The notes beneath the pieces were generated by a model. That model saw only the letters and a list, made by a program, of their open reading frames with translations. It had not been told where the DNA came from and did no database searches. Position numbers and translations under genes: made by a program. Of a stretch of DNA of 64,000 nt, positions 23,401-38,400 are shown in pieces; positions within the stretch are counted from its first letter, which is position 1; each line of letters begins with the position of its first letter. The stretch is from Macrostomum lignano (Eukaryota): contig NIVC01002069.1 in the NCBI GenBank assembly GCA_002269645.1, forward strand, positions 1 through 64,000, in the 5' to 3' direction.

Positions 23401-26400
23401 CATAAAAGCGTCATGTAAACAAGCATAGAAGCGTCATGTTAACATAGAAGCGTCATGAAAAAATCATAGAAGCCTCATATAAAAACTAATGAAAGTGTGT
23501 CATTTAAAAAATTAAGAAGCATCATGGAAGAATAAAAGAAGCGTAACGTAAAAATCAAAAGAAGCGTCATGTCAGACATGAAACAAGTGTCATAAAAATT
23601 AAATGAAGCTATAGTGCTGTGCTGGGGAGAATCACTGAGACGTCAAGGCTCACAGAGAATAACTGAGATTACAGGGGGATTTCTGAGATGTTAAAGCAAA
23701 AGTCAGAAGCTACTTCAAAGTACATGTACTTTACTTAAGTTTTTTTATTGCATTCTTTGTTGGCTTGCCACGGTGGGGGGGCGCTGATAGAAGAAGAGTC
23801 ATGTAAAAATAAAAGGAGCACTATGTATACATAAAATAAAAGTCATGTCAAAGTTAAAAGATTCATTTGGGAATTGCTACGATGTCAAAGCTTGGAGGGA
23901 ATCGTTATAGTGCTGTGATTCTTAAAGAAGGAATCACTTAAATGCCAAGGCTTAGGGAAGAAGAATTGCTGTGATTTCAAGGCTTTAGGTTGGGTGAAAG
24001 TTAGGTTTACGTCAGGTTTGGGTTGAGGGTTAGAATTTAGCGCGTTTCAAGGTTAACAGGGGATTTTTTAGATTTCAAGGTTTATGGGGGGCATCGCTGA
24101 CATGTCAAGGCTTACGAGGGGAATCTATCTATCTATCTATCTATAGCTGAGATGTCAAGGCTCACGGGGGAATAAATGAGATGTCAAGGCTAATGTCAGA
24201 AGCTACATGTAGTTTATTGGAAAAAAGTTATTACATTATTTGTTGGCTCCTCACGGGAGGGATCGCTGATAGAAAAAGCGTAATGTAAAAAAAAAGAAGC
24301 TTCATGTCGAAGTTAAGAGATTCATTTGGGAATCCCTACGATGTCGAGGCTTGCAGGGAATCGCTATAATGCTGTAGTAGTGCTATAGACTCTTAGAGAG
24401 AATTACTGAAATTTCAATGCTTTAGGGTTAGGGTTAGGGTTAGGGTTAGGGTTAGGGTTAGAAAGTAGACAGATTTTTTAAGATTTCAAGGCTTATGGGA
24501 GCATCGCTGAGATGTCAAGGGGGGAGTTGATATGTTAAGGCTTGTGGGGGGGGGGGATTGCTGACATGTCAAGGCTTACAAGGGTACTGGTAGCGTACTG
24601 AAGCATACTGATAGAAGTAGCTCTGAAAGAAGGCAAGTATGGTTGAATTTCAATGTCTGTTATAAAATTCTGCACAAACATGTTTTATTGGTACATAAGC
24701 CTGGAATTAAAATGAGAATTCGATTCCTAGCCCCCCTCCCTAAGAATTTTTTTTCATTTTTAAGGATTCGTCCCTTGCTTATTGGCCACCCCGAAGGGGG
24801 GCGCTAGATTGCTAGTCCTAACTATAATTATAACTAACTTTAAATTTCTACACTCACCTGAATTCGAACGGTTCACCCCAGAACGGATCCGATTCTGCGG
24901 TTTTCTCTTTGCTGGTTGTTCTCGCGTACAGGATGTGGTTGAGACAGATTTCGCAGAAATATCTGGGCCGGTGTGAGGTGATTTTTTATAAGGAAATCAT
25001 TCTATGGGAAAATTATCCCATTAATGAGGAAATGCAACGCTGCACAATATAGTCTCTATTTGGGAGAATTATCCCAACTGAACAGAGAACTAGAATCCAT
25101 ACTAGAATCCCTATTTGGGAAAATTATCCCAACTGAACACAGAGAACTAGAATCCGTACTAGAATCCCTATTTGGGAAAATTATCCCAACTGAACACAGA
25201 GAACTAGAATCCGTACTAGAATCCCTATTTGGGAAAATTATCCCAACTGAACACAGAGAACTAGAATCCGTACTAGAATCCCTATTTGGGAAAATTATCC
25301 CAACTGAACAGAGAACTAGAATTCCTATTTGGGAGAATTATCCCAACTGAACAGAGAACTAGAATTCCTATTTGGGAGAATTATCCCAACTGAACAGAGA
25401 ACTAGAATCCGTACTAGAATCCCTATTTGGGAGAATTATCCCAACTGAACAGAGAACTAGAATCCGTACTAGAATCCCTATTTGGGAAAATTATCCCAAC
25501 TGAACAGAGAACTAGAATCCGTACTAGAATCCCTATTTGGGAGAATTATCCCAACTGAACAGAGAACTAGAATCCGTACTAGAATCCCTATTTGGGAAAA
25601 TTATCCCAACTGAACAGAGAACTAGAATCCGTACTAGAATCCCTATTTGGGAGAATTATCCCAACTGAACAGAGAACTAGAATCCGTACTAGAATCCCTA
25701 TTTGGGAAAATTATCCCAACTGAACAGAGAACTAGAATCCGTACTAGAATCCCTATTTGGGAAAATTATCCCAACTGAACAGAGAACTATAATCCCTATT
25801 TGGGATAATCATCCCATCTGAACAAAAAATAGAATCGATACCATGTAGTTTACTGGGGAAAATTATCCCATGAATAAAAATATCAGATATCACCATTCAC
25901 CAGAGAAAGGAAATCAGATTTCTAAAAATGTTTTGCTTCCTCAGGAAATTAGACTTGCCTTAATCTGAATTTCCTGCAGAACAGATCTCTGTCCACTAAA
26001 AGAAACTCATTTTCAGTCTTTCTCTACACAGTTATTTCCTACAGGCGTTACAACTACTCATGTTTTATTACCTCTTTTTCGTTGGCAAACGTTTGGCTTC
26101 GAAGATCCAAAGTTTCAAGGAATTCTCCTTGTGCCTGGTGTTCTCGAGATCCGGCCGGTTGACTTTCTTAAGACTGCGGAACGGCGGCAGGGGGGAATGG
26201 ATTGTAAATAAAAGATCGTATCAGAAGATTTATTATTAATATTGATTGATTTATTATTACATCAACGGCCCAGTCCAGATGCTGCTTAGCAGTTCTCTCG
26301 AGGCAAAACTCACAGACTTTGGTATCATTGGAATGCATTAAAAATATCTGCTTGATAATATTTATGATATAATTGCTTAGAGATGTAAAGCAATCTTATA

Positions 26401-29400
26401 CAGATAAATCTAATCTATCTATCTGTATTGCGATTGCACTGGCGAGGGGAATGAGGAAGCCATTGCAGTTTAGCTTTGCTAGCTTATAGAGAGCGCGATT
26501 TTTTGCCTTCTCTCCCAAATGCAATTTGGTCCCAAATAAGAGGAACAGGGCGGGGGGTGGGGATAGACCAGCGGGTTGTACAGTTGATAAGCGAAAAAGG
26601 AACAGCATTTCGGGAGCGCTGCGATTGGGAAGCGAAGGCTACTGAGAGAGAGACAGAGAGAAACGCACAGAGAGGATCAGAGATATGGGATGGGGCCGCT
26701 GCGTTTCACAGACCAGCCAAGCAGAGCCTCGATACAACTGCGCGTCGAATGTAGCGACTTAGTAGTAGTCCGCCTGCACTGCACTGATTGTTGAAGGGCC
26801 TTCTCACTTTAACCTCTTATGCCCCTATCTAGCACTCTCCCTCATCCCCTATCTGCCACTCTCCATCATCCTTTATCTGCCACTCTCCCTCATCCCCTAT
26901 TTGCCACTCTCCCTCATCCCCTATTTGCCACTCTCCATCATCCTTTATCTGCCACTCTCCCTCATCCCCTATTTGCCACTCTCCCTCATCCCCTATTTGC
27001 CACTCTCCCTCATCCCCTATTTGCTACTCTCCCTCATCCCCTATTTGCCACTCTCCCTCATCCCCTATTTGCCACTCTCCCTCATCCCCTATTTGCCACT
27101 CTCCCTCATCCCCTATTTGCCACTCTCCCTCATCCCTTATCTGCCACTCTCCCTCATCCCCTATCTGCCACTCGATCTCCCTCATCCCCTATCTGCCACT
27201 CTCCCTCATTCCCTATCTGCCACTCTCCCTCATCCCCTATCTGCCACTCTCCATCATCCTTTATCTGCCACTCTCCCTCATCCCCTATTTGCCACTCTCC
27301 CTCATCCCCTATTTGCCACTCTCCCTCATCCCCTATTTGCCACTCTCCCTCATCCCCTATTTGCCACTCTCCCTCATCCCCTATTTGCCACTCTCCCTCA
27401 TCCCCTATTTGCCACTCTCCCTCATCCCCTATTTGCCACTCTCCCTCATCCCCTATTTGCCACTCTCCCTCATCCCCTATTTGCCACTCTCCCTCATCCC
27501 CTATTTGCCACTCTCCCTCATCCCTTATCTGCCACTCTCCCTCATCCCTTATCTGCCACTCTCCCTCATCCCCTATCTGCCACTCTCCCTCATCCCCTAT
27601 CTGCCACTCTCCCTCATCCCCTATCTGCCACTCTCCCTCATCCCCTATTTGCCACTCTCCCTCATCCCTTATCTGCCACTCTCCTTCATCCCCTATTTGC
27701 CACTCTCCCTCATCCCCTATTTGCCACTCTCCCTCATCCCCTATTTGCCACTCTCCCTCATCCCCTATTTGCCACTCTCCCTCATCCCCTATTTGCCACT
27801 CTCCCTCATCCCCTATTTGCCACTCTCCCTCATCCCCTATTTGCCACTCTCCCTCATCCCCTATCTGCCACTCTCCCTCATCCCTTATCTGCCACTCTCC
27901 CTCATTCCCTATCTGCCACTCTCCCTCATCCCTTATCTGCCACTCTCCTTCATCCCCTACCTGCCACTCTCCCTCATCCCCTATCTGCCACTCTCCCTCA
28001 TCCCCTATTTGCCACTCTCCCTCATCCCCTATCTGCCACTCTCCCTCATCCCCTATCTGCCACTCTCCCTCATTCCCTATCTGCCACTCTCCCTCATCCC
28101 TTATCTGCCACTCTCCTTCATCCCCTACCTGCCACTCTCCCTCATCCCCTATCTGCCACTCTCCCTCATCCTCTGTCACCAGCTCCCTCATCTCCTCTTT
28201 ACTGGCTTAATCCTTTGATCGAACAGACGGCATAATAGCTGATGGAGTCATGATATAATGCAATCTCTATATCAAGCAAAAACATAGCAGCTGCACCCCT
28301 GGTCAAGCACAGCACGGTCCACTCTCTGTTTTCATATTTATAAATTTCCTAGAGAGCTAAGCTAGAGATAAAGAGGCATCGCACAGTGGCTGTGGCTTAT
28401 CGCGTCATGATAAACAAACAGTTAAACATTTGTGCTGCCATATTCCTCCCGAATAAATTTAGAAAAGCCATGACCCAAATGTTGTGTTTTCACTTAAAAA
28501 GGTCAGCTATGTGAAAACCAAGTTCTAGACCTAGTGTTAGAGAACAGAACAAGATAAACAGATATAGGAATTATACGTACATTGTTAAGGTAACAGATGA
28601 CGAACGATTCCTGGAGCATAAAAAATAGCGTTCTTCTCCCAACCTAATGTCTAGTAATGTCTGCTCTACCCCTGCTAATGTCTGTTCTACCCCCTGCTAA
28701 TGTCTGTTCTACCCCTGCTAATGTCTGTTCTACCCCTGCTAATGTCTGTTCTACCCCTGCTAATGTCTGTTCTACCCCCTGCTAATGTCTGTTCTACCCC
28801 CTGCTAATGTCTGTTCTACCCCCTGCTAATGTCTGTTCTACCCCCTGCTAATGTCTGTTCTACCCCCTGCTAATGTCTGTTCTACCCCCTGCTAATGTCT
28901 GTTCTACCCCCTGCTAATGTCTGTTCTACCCCTGCTAATGTCTGTTCTACCCCCTGCTAATGTCTGTTCTACCCCTGCTAATGTCTGTTCTACCCCTGCT
29001 AATGTCTGTTCTAGCCCCTGCTAATGTCTGTTCTACCCCTGCTAATGTCTGTTCTAGCCCCTGCTAATGTCTGTTCTACCCCTGCTAATGTCTGTTCTAC
29101 CCCTGCTAATGTCTGTTCTACCCCCTGCTAATGTCTGTTCTACCCCTGCTAATGTCTGTTCTACCCCTGCTAATGTCTGTTCTAGCCCCTGCTAATGTCT
29201 GTTCTACCCCTGCTAATGTCTGTTCTACCCCTGCTAATGTCTGTTCTACCCCCTGCTAATGTCTGTTCTACCCCCTGCTAATGTCTGTTCTACCCCTGCT
29301 AATGTCTGTTCTACCCCCTGCTAATGTCTGTTCTACCCCCTGCTAATGTCTGTTCTACCCCCTGCTAATGTCTGTTCTAGCCCCTGCTAATGTCTGTTCT

Positions 29401-32400
29401 ACCCCCTGCTAATGTCTGTTCTACCCCTGCTAATGTCTGTTCTACCCCTGCTAATGTCTGTTCTACCCCCTGCTAATGTCTGTTCTAGCCCCTGCTAATG
29501 TCTGTTCTACCCCCTGCTAATGTCTGTTCTACCCCTGCTAATGTCTGTTCTACCCCTGCAAATGTCTGTTCTAGCACCCAAAAATGTCTGCTCTATTCTG
29601 TCTATACTATTGTTACAACTCCAACCACTATAGTGTGTTCTATTCCCTATAAATCTTATACGATCTGCTCCAACCAATTTATACTTCTTACTACATACTA
29701 CGACAAATTGCCTCACTAATAGCGTAAGCAGTTAACACGCCGTCACATTTGGTCACTTGAAATCCCACCTGTCCTAATTCTCAATTCCTAAGCTATATAG
29801 TTAGTAAATGCGTTTAGTGCAATCGATGCGTTTGTGGAACACAGCAAGACAGAGAGAGTGCATATAAGCAGCGACACTTTTCAGTCAGTCCTTCCCTTGT
29901 TAAGGAAGAAAAAATCTAATTAGTGACTGGGTAAAGCTTAGGGCTATAGGCCTTCAAAAAAGCAAACCCAAAGAAACGCCTAGAAAGTCATACTACCAAA
30001 AAAGAGCCTGAATTCTTAGTTACAGCCTACTACTATTCCAAATAAAGTAGTAAGTTAGGAACACACAATAATATTGATTATAGTCTTGCATTAACCAGAG
30101 ACAGCCACTACTTCGAGACACGTGAGCTAGTGTGTAAATTACAGTATGTTTGTAAAATCTTTCAACTCACTACGTAGTGACTTTCAAGTGTCACAGATTG
30201 AATTTGTTAGACTAATATACCACTGTACTAAGCAATACTAACTTACAGTGCATTCAAAAATACCACTCAGACAGTGGGTGAAAGAACTCAAATTTCAAGT
30301 TCTAACTGCACCCGAGAAACACACACAATCAACAAAAACAACAACAGGGTCAGCTAAGGCCACTCTCTCTCAAACTGGGCATAATTAACTTTCGTTAGAA
30401 CCGGTGCGTATTCCAATGTGACACCCGTTTTGTAAAATGCCAAGCCACAACGCGTCCCACGGGCTTTTGCCGAGAGAGCGGAGACAGACAAGGAGACTAA
30501 GCTACTGGAAAAAGCAACAAAAAAGGAAGTCCAGACAGTCGAGATTTTTTTGCTTTTGCGCAGGAAAAGAGAAATCGAGAATCTGTGAAAGAAGGGGGGA
30601 GGCAGAAGACTTCAAGCGGAGGAAAACAGGAAAAGCTAAAATTCATTACGGTAAAAACAGAAAAAGTCACTGCCGTGTTTGCCATGGAAGACGTGTTTAA
30701 TATAGTAAAGACTGTAAAAGTACACCAAACTGTTTGGGAAGAGGGCTGATTATAAACATTTACTTTTCCATTTACAACGATTCAATGAATGACTAATGTA
30801 TTTTGTTAAACTAAGCAGTTTTAGAAAAGGAAAAGAATCGCATAATTAATAAGAGAAATCTTTCATAGTTTCTTTGCTAGGTTTCTAAGCTGTTGTTAAT
30901 ATGCTGGTTGCTATATGGTTGTTGCTATGCGGTCTCTATGCGGTTGTTATGTGGTCTCTAAGAGGTTGCTATGCTGTTTCTAAGTAGTTACTATGATGTT
31001 TCTAAGTGCTAGCTACACGGTCTCTTAGTGGTTACTATACGGTTTCTATGTGGTTGCTATGCGGTTTCTAAACGGTTGCTACATGGTCTCTAAGTGGTTA
31101 CTACGCAGTTTTTAAGTGGTTGCCGTTTCTATTTTTCTGTTATATGGTTTATTTAATTTTCTTAGTCGGTTGCCATGCTGTTACTAAGCCGTTGCAATTA
31201 TCTAAATCTTACCCGTCCTGCCATTTTTTAGCTTCGTCCACCGACTGGGCAGCAAAATATCGATTGACTCCGCCGCGATCGGCGGCCGGAGCTCCGCCGC
31301 CAGCAACAGCGAATGCCGCAGAAGCTGCCGGAAGGCCGGGCATCAGGGACTGGTGCACCGGACGCACTTCGGTGCCGGAGTTCATCTGCAACGGCGCGGT
31401 GACAGCCGAGGCAGACGAGGCCGCCAACTGCAGCAGAGACTCGTGCGACAGCGCCGAGCGAAGGCTGTTGCCCCTGATAGATGAAAATCGAGGTTAAACG
31501 GAATGCATTTGATACACCAAGTTGTGGGAAAATGTTTTTTTTTGTCCCATATATAAAGCTGACAGCGCATCCTGCACGGACAGACAGATGCAAGCGGAGG
31601 TGCTGACGTGCGTATGATTGACAAGTCAGCCTGTGCGTTCCGCATTCGAAAATTTAGGCGTAGCGTTGTTCGAAAACCGTTTTGAATTTTGACGCGAACT
31701 ACGGAAACCCGGTGAAAATCCAGCTCATAGCTTTAGCTTAAGGGTGCTTCAGGTGTTTTATGGTTCAGCTTCAGTGACTACTATTCAGACAGGTAGGTTC
31801 AGCCTCAGTGACTACTATTCAGACAGGTAGGTTCAGCCTCAGTGACTACTATTCAGACAGGTAGGTTCAGCTTCAGTGCCTACTATTCAGACAGGTAGGT
31901 TCAGCTTCAGTGACTACTATTCAGACAGGTAGGTTCAGCCTCAGTGACTACTATTCAGACAGGTAGGTTCCCTCAGTGCCTACTATTAAGACAGGTAGGT
32001 TCAGCTTCAGTGCCTACTATTCAGACAGGTAGGTTCAGCTTCAGTGCCTACTATTCAGACAGGTAGGTTCAGCTTCAGTGACTACTATTCAGACAGGTAG
32101 GTTCAGCCTCAGTGACTACTATTCAGACAGGTAGGTTCAGCTTCAGTGACTACTATTCAGACAGGTAGGTTCAGCCTCAGTGACTACTATTCAGACAGGT
32201 AGGTTCAGCTTCAGTGCCTACTATTCAGACAGGTAGGTTCAGCTTCAGTGACTACTATTCAGACAGGTAGGTTCAGCCTCAGTGACTACTATTCAGACAG
32301 GTAGGTTCCCTCAGTGCCTACTATTAAGACAGGTAGGTTCAGCTTCAGTGCCTACTATTCAGACAGGTAGGTTCAGCTTCAGTGCCTACTATTCAGACAG

Positions 32401-35400
32401 GTAGGTTCAGCTTCAGTGCCTACTATTTAGACAGGTAGGTTCCCTCAGTGACTACTATTAAGACAGGTAGGTTCAGCCTCAGTGCCTACTATTCAGACAG
32501 GTAGGTTCAGCCTCAGTGACTACTATTCAGACAGGTAGGTTCAGCTTCAGTGACTACTCAGTGACCAGCTACTACTGAACAGGTAGGTGGATATATAGAT
32601 CCAGAATCCCATAAGGCAACAGCTATGAGGATACGAGCTCGCAGAGCCGAAACTTACACCAAACTAAAGTAGAACACCGATTGTGATTGGCATTTTCTCC
32701 GACGCGATTCTTCCGCTAATCTGGTCAACTTGCCTAGCACTGACAATACGTCGTCCATAGTTTTCTTTTTGTTTCTTTTAGTAGCAAACTATGACAAAAT
32801 CATTTGATCATTTTTAATAAAAAATGAGTCAGCTCAACACACTTGTTACTGACTTAAATAATAGTCATGAACAAGTTCAGCAGTAAGAAACGGATAAGAG
32901 AGTGAGAGAGTAAGGCTCTCTCTCTCTGTCCGCGCCTTTGACGCGGTTGGCCCGCACTTGATTTCGCACACATGTCAGAGGGTGAGTCACGCGTTTGTGA
33001 ATAGCTAAAATTTCTATATACCCCAGTATATAGCTTAGTAGAACTAAACTCATTTCCTGTAAAGTCTGTCCTGTGTAGGCTAACACATGCAACACAAGCA
33101 CAGTCTTCACAATGTCAAGCATTTTTAAATTAACAACTATAGGCTAAAAATTGAAAATTGAAACCTTTCCATAATTTGATAAGTGTACCTGATAAAACGG
33201 CAGGTTTAACCACAGCAGGTATAAACATAGCATACAGTGTAGGTAAGTTTCTCTGGCACACACCTTAAAATTATAGTGGGTAAAACCTCATTATCAATAA
33301 AACAGAGCAAATTCTCTATGTGAAAATCGTTTGCACCAGCGTCCTAAAATCTAAACACACTCATTGAAACTGTTGTGCCTTCGAAACGTTTACTAAAATT
33401 TTAATTGTCACTGTATAACACGTGATTGTGATTTTTATAACTATATTCAATTATAATTGTCTATAATTGTCTACTTCACTGACACTCCCCACTTCACTGA
33501 CACCCCCCACTTCACTGACACCCCCCACTTCACTGACACTCCCCACTTCACTGACACTCCCCACTTCACTGACACCCCTCACTTCACTGACACTCCACAC
33601 TTCTCTGACACCCCCACTTCACTGACACTCCCCACTTCACTGACACTCCCCACTTCACTGACACTCCCCACTTCACTGACACTCCACACTTCACTGACAC
33701 TCCCAACTTCACTGACACTCCCCACTTCACTGACACCCCCCACTTCACTGACACTCCCCACTTCACTGACACTCCCACTTCACTGACACCCCTCACTTCA
33801 CTGACACTCCACACTTCTCTGACACCCCCACTTTACTGACACCCCCCACTTCACTGACACTCTCCACTTCACTGACACTCCACACTTCACTGACATTCCA
33901 CACTTCACTGACACTCCCCACTTCACTGACACCCCCACTTCACTGACACTCCCCACTTCACTGACACCCCCACTTCACTGACACTCTCCACTTCACTGAC
34001 ACCCCCACTTCACTGACACCCCCACTTCACTGACACTCCCCACTTCACTGACACTCCACACTTCACTGACACCCCCACTTCACTGACACTCCCCACTTCA
34101 CTGACACCCCCACTTCACTGACACTCTCCACTTCACTGACACTCCACACTTCACTGACATTCCACACTTTACTGACACTCCCCACTTCACTGACACCCCC
34201 ACTTCACTGACACTCTCCACTTCACTGACACTCTCCACTTCACTGACACTCCACACTTCACTGACATTCCACACTTCACTGACACTCCACACTTCACTGA
34301 CATTCCACACTTCACTGACACTCCCCACTTCACTGACACCCCCACTTCACTGACACTCTCCACTTCACTGACACTCCACACTTCACTGACATTCCACACT
34401 TCACTGACACTCCCCACTTCACTGACACCCCCACTTCACTGACACTCCCCACTTCACTGACACCCCCACTTCACTGACACTCTCCACTTCACTGACACCC
34501 CCACTTCACTGACACTCTCCACTTCACCGACACTCTCCACTTCACTGACACTCTCCACTTCACTGACACTCTCCAATTCACTGACACCCCAAACTTCACT
34601 GACACTCCCCACTTCACTGACACCCCCCACTTCACTGACACTCCCCACTTCACCCACACCTACTCAAGACCCATCCTGACACATCAGCTCACCAGTTAGG
34701 CAGGAATTCAGCACCGATTCGGTCATTAGTACTTCTAGCTGTAGCAGTTGATCCAGCAGTACTCAATTCATAATTATCATAATGCGACAGGGTCGGAGAG
34801 GGCAGGAGAATGCAGGACACCGGTCTGACCGGTTTGCTAGAGACTTCACTGCCGCAACTAGCCGAACAATACACGCTAGATGGCCGAGCTGGCGGTTTAG
34901 CCAGCCCAGACAGGTTGATTGGTTCGGTCTCCGATCGGTATCGATTGCTAAATAATGACACCCGCACCTGAGGCCTGGCAGGTGCGGCCAAACTGCGTTT
35001 ATCTTTAACGCCTAGTCGCTTTTTTAAATAAATCATAATTGATTAATATTTGCCTGCAGTTCTGTTGTTAAAGCAGCATTGCCTTACTTCAATCTTGGTG
35101 GTTATATGTAATAAAATTTCTAATAACCGTTGCAGTTTATAAACGGTTGTGTGTGTATTAATGTATATATGCACATAGATGCAACCTGCTTTTGCCAGCC
35201 CTAGTATTTGGATGCAGTTTGCTGGTGCAGGGAGGGGGGGGGGCGGGGCGGGTAGGCATAGGCAAAGCAGTCCCGAATGCGAAACCCCGATAGGCTAACG
35301 GTGGGCTGCCGCGAATAAAAATAGAAACTTATGCCGGAAAGTAAGACAGATGGACTGAGGGAAATTGCTGTACGAAACTTCGATTAAAGTGTAGATCGCG

Positions 35401-38400
35401 TGAAAAATATAAATATACGCAAAACCCGAGAGTTATAAGTAGAATCTATCAATCAACTAAGACTAACAACACGTTCACCCTGCATTTAGTCTTGGGAGAT
35501 TTTATTTATAGAGGATTTATTATTATTAAGCATCCGCTAATGAGGTGAAAGTTTTTTCATATTAATAATTATACAAGGGGTTGTAGTTTGGTGATTGGAG
35601 GTTCAGGGGTTCCATTCTCGACCCACTATAAACAATTTGTCATTGAGCAAGACACTTAACTCTGCATTGCTTCAGTTCACCCCGAGCTGTAAAATTGGTG
35701 CCAGCATTAGCTGGGGTAATTGAGGGTGTGTGTGGCGACCCCCCAGTCCTTGGACTGAACAGCCGTACGCAGCCTTCAGATGCGCCGCGCAATACTCGTA
35801 GCTGCGGCTGAGCTGTCGGTTGCACATCTGGCCATTAGGCAGGTGTAATAAATTATTATTACTATTAATAACAACAAAGAACTGCCAGGGTTCGATTCCT
35901 TGTAACCCATCCACTAAACACTGCCTGACTATAGTCAGGGCCAATGTACATCCAGTATGAGCGCGTGCCTCTTCGATAGCTGCTGGCCGAATTTCGTCTT
36001 TTAATTTTCCCAAACAATCGAAACTCAAAAAACACACTTTAGTATATTGTGATTGGAGACAGGGCCTGTGCGCACCCTGGCGCACTTTAAGCGACATTGT
36101 CACACAACCGGTGACAGGCATTACTTGCCCCCATTCCGCCGACTCCCCTGAGCAGGCACACAAGCGCGCGGATACGTACGCAGTCATACGCACAGGCACA
36201 CACTCACACAGGACTGTACAGTGGCCCTAAATTTTATTTATCGTTAGGCATGTTCACTTCACTGTGCCTTGGGGGTTGGCCCTCAAGCTGGGCGTTAATT
36301 GCACGAGCAGAGCCAAGCCGAGATTCCAATTTAGCCACAAATTAATGCGACTGCACTTGGCATCGAGCATGGGCTGCTGGCACACCAAAGCAACGGCACC
36401 CGCTTTACTCGAACACAAACAGAGAACTTTTAGCGTCTTAATTCATTAGAAAGTGGAGATACTCTATCCTCGAAAAATAATTAGGATAAAAGCCGAATTT
36501 TCCTATAGGGCAAAAGATAAGATAACAAAATAGAAAAACAAATGTAATGGCAGATCCGACCCGGAGATTCTTCAACCATTCGCAGAGTTAGAGGTTAGAA
36601 ATAGCCAAAAAGAATAATCAGAAATACCCGAACCAACTGTTACAGAACTGAATTCGTGAAGCTATGCAAAAGCATTAGACATGTGTTTGGACAGTGAATG
36701 GACACAATACATTGGAACACACACACACACACACACATACAGCTGTCCCATGGCCTAGAGTCAGGCTGAAACGGTCACCAAACAATCTAAATAGCCAGAT
36801 GTAGAAGCGAAATTCGGAATTCCTTTCTCCCTTTTTCCTAGAGTTGAATGACCAGAAAAAAAATTATTCCGTTTGAACTTTTCCCATTTACCAACTAAGG
36901 TGCATAGGAATTTGTATATACTCGTATATTGACTACTACAAGTAAAGTAAAAAAGATGCGCATATTGCTACAAATTTTTTTTCGATTATATTGATAAGAA
37001 ATACTACAGTGTATAAACCATTGAAATGTTTTCCGTTGACTGACTGTGACCTCGAATGACCCTGGCCCTACAAAAATTATTAAAAGCTTCTGGACGTTCA
37101 CTAATAAAATAATAATTATGATATTTGCTGAGATGCCAGATCTCATCACAGAGGGAATCGCTGAGATGCCAATGCTCAAATAAGGAGTTATTGGTAAGCC
37201 AAGCATCTAAGGGCTTAAAGGGAGGCTATGATGCCAAAGCCCTAACATATCAGCAGGGGCAAACTCCGGCCCACGAAGCCTCTCTATGCGGCCTTCAGGA
37301 TCCTTTGAAACTTCACGATAGCGATCCGGCCTAATCAATGCTTACGTCTTTTTTCTGATCTCCTCTCTTTTAGAGCAGGGCTCCGGCAAACTTATCTACT
37401 CCAAGGGCCAAATGAGAGATGAGAAGAAGACAGATAAGATAAGAAATGAAAATAGAGAAGAGAGAAGAGGGGAAAGAGGAGAAAAGAGAGCTGAGAATAG
37501 ACACAAACCTTTGAACGGGCCGGATTGCTATTGTGAAGTTTCAAAGGACCCGAGGGCCGGGCCGGAGTTTGCCCCAACCCTTGCTCTAATAAAATCCCAA
37601 AGCGATGGGATAAAACTCACCCGCTGCTAGCAGGATCTGAAGCGGCGGCAGCATTGGCCTTCTGTTTCAGGTCATCGTCTTCAAAGCTGCTGACGCCGCC
37701 ACCGCCACCGCCTGGGCCACTGCTGCTGCTGTTGATAGGTACACAGCTCGAAACTAGACTGAGAGGCCCTGAACCGCTGCTGGCCTGACCGCGCTGTTTT
37801 GGATTTACCGGCACTTGGCGATGCTGTTGTTGCTGCTGCTGTGGTGGTGGCGGCTGGCGGCCAAGACGGCTCATGCTGATTGACCGCTTCATGGCTGCCG
37901 AAGGGCTGCGCAAAGGCGTAGGAGGTTTAGCTAGCTATTATTGGTGTCAGACACACCTTCAGTGAACCTCAACCATCAACCCTTCAGTGAACCCCAACCA
38001 TTAACCCTTAAGTGAACCTCAACCATCAACCCTTCAGTGAACCTCAACCATCAACCCTTCAGTGAACCTCAACCATCAACCCTTCAGTGAACCTCAAACA
38101 TCAACCCTTCAGTGAACCTCAACCATCAACCCTTCGGTGAACCTCAAACATCAACCCTTCAGTGAACCTCAAACATCAACCCTTCAGTGAACCTCAAACA
38201 TCAACCCTTCAGTGAACCTCAACCAACCCCTCAGTGAACCTCAACAAACCCCTCAGTCACCTTCAACCAACCCTTCAGTGAACCTCAACCAACCCCTCAG
38301 TGAACCTCAACCAACCCCTCAGTGAACCTCAACCAACCCCTCAGTCAACTTCAACCAACCCCTCAGTCAACCTCAACCAACCCCTCAGTCAACCTCAACC

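Noticed and set aside
26819-28235. Several 300-460-aa ORFs ([24 protein letters not shown] repeats)
   Set aside because: A 24-bp intronic minisatellite read in multiple frames on both strands; no unique flanking coding sequence.
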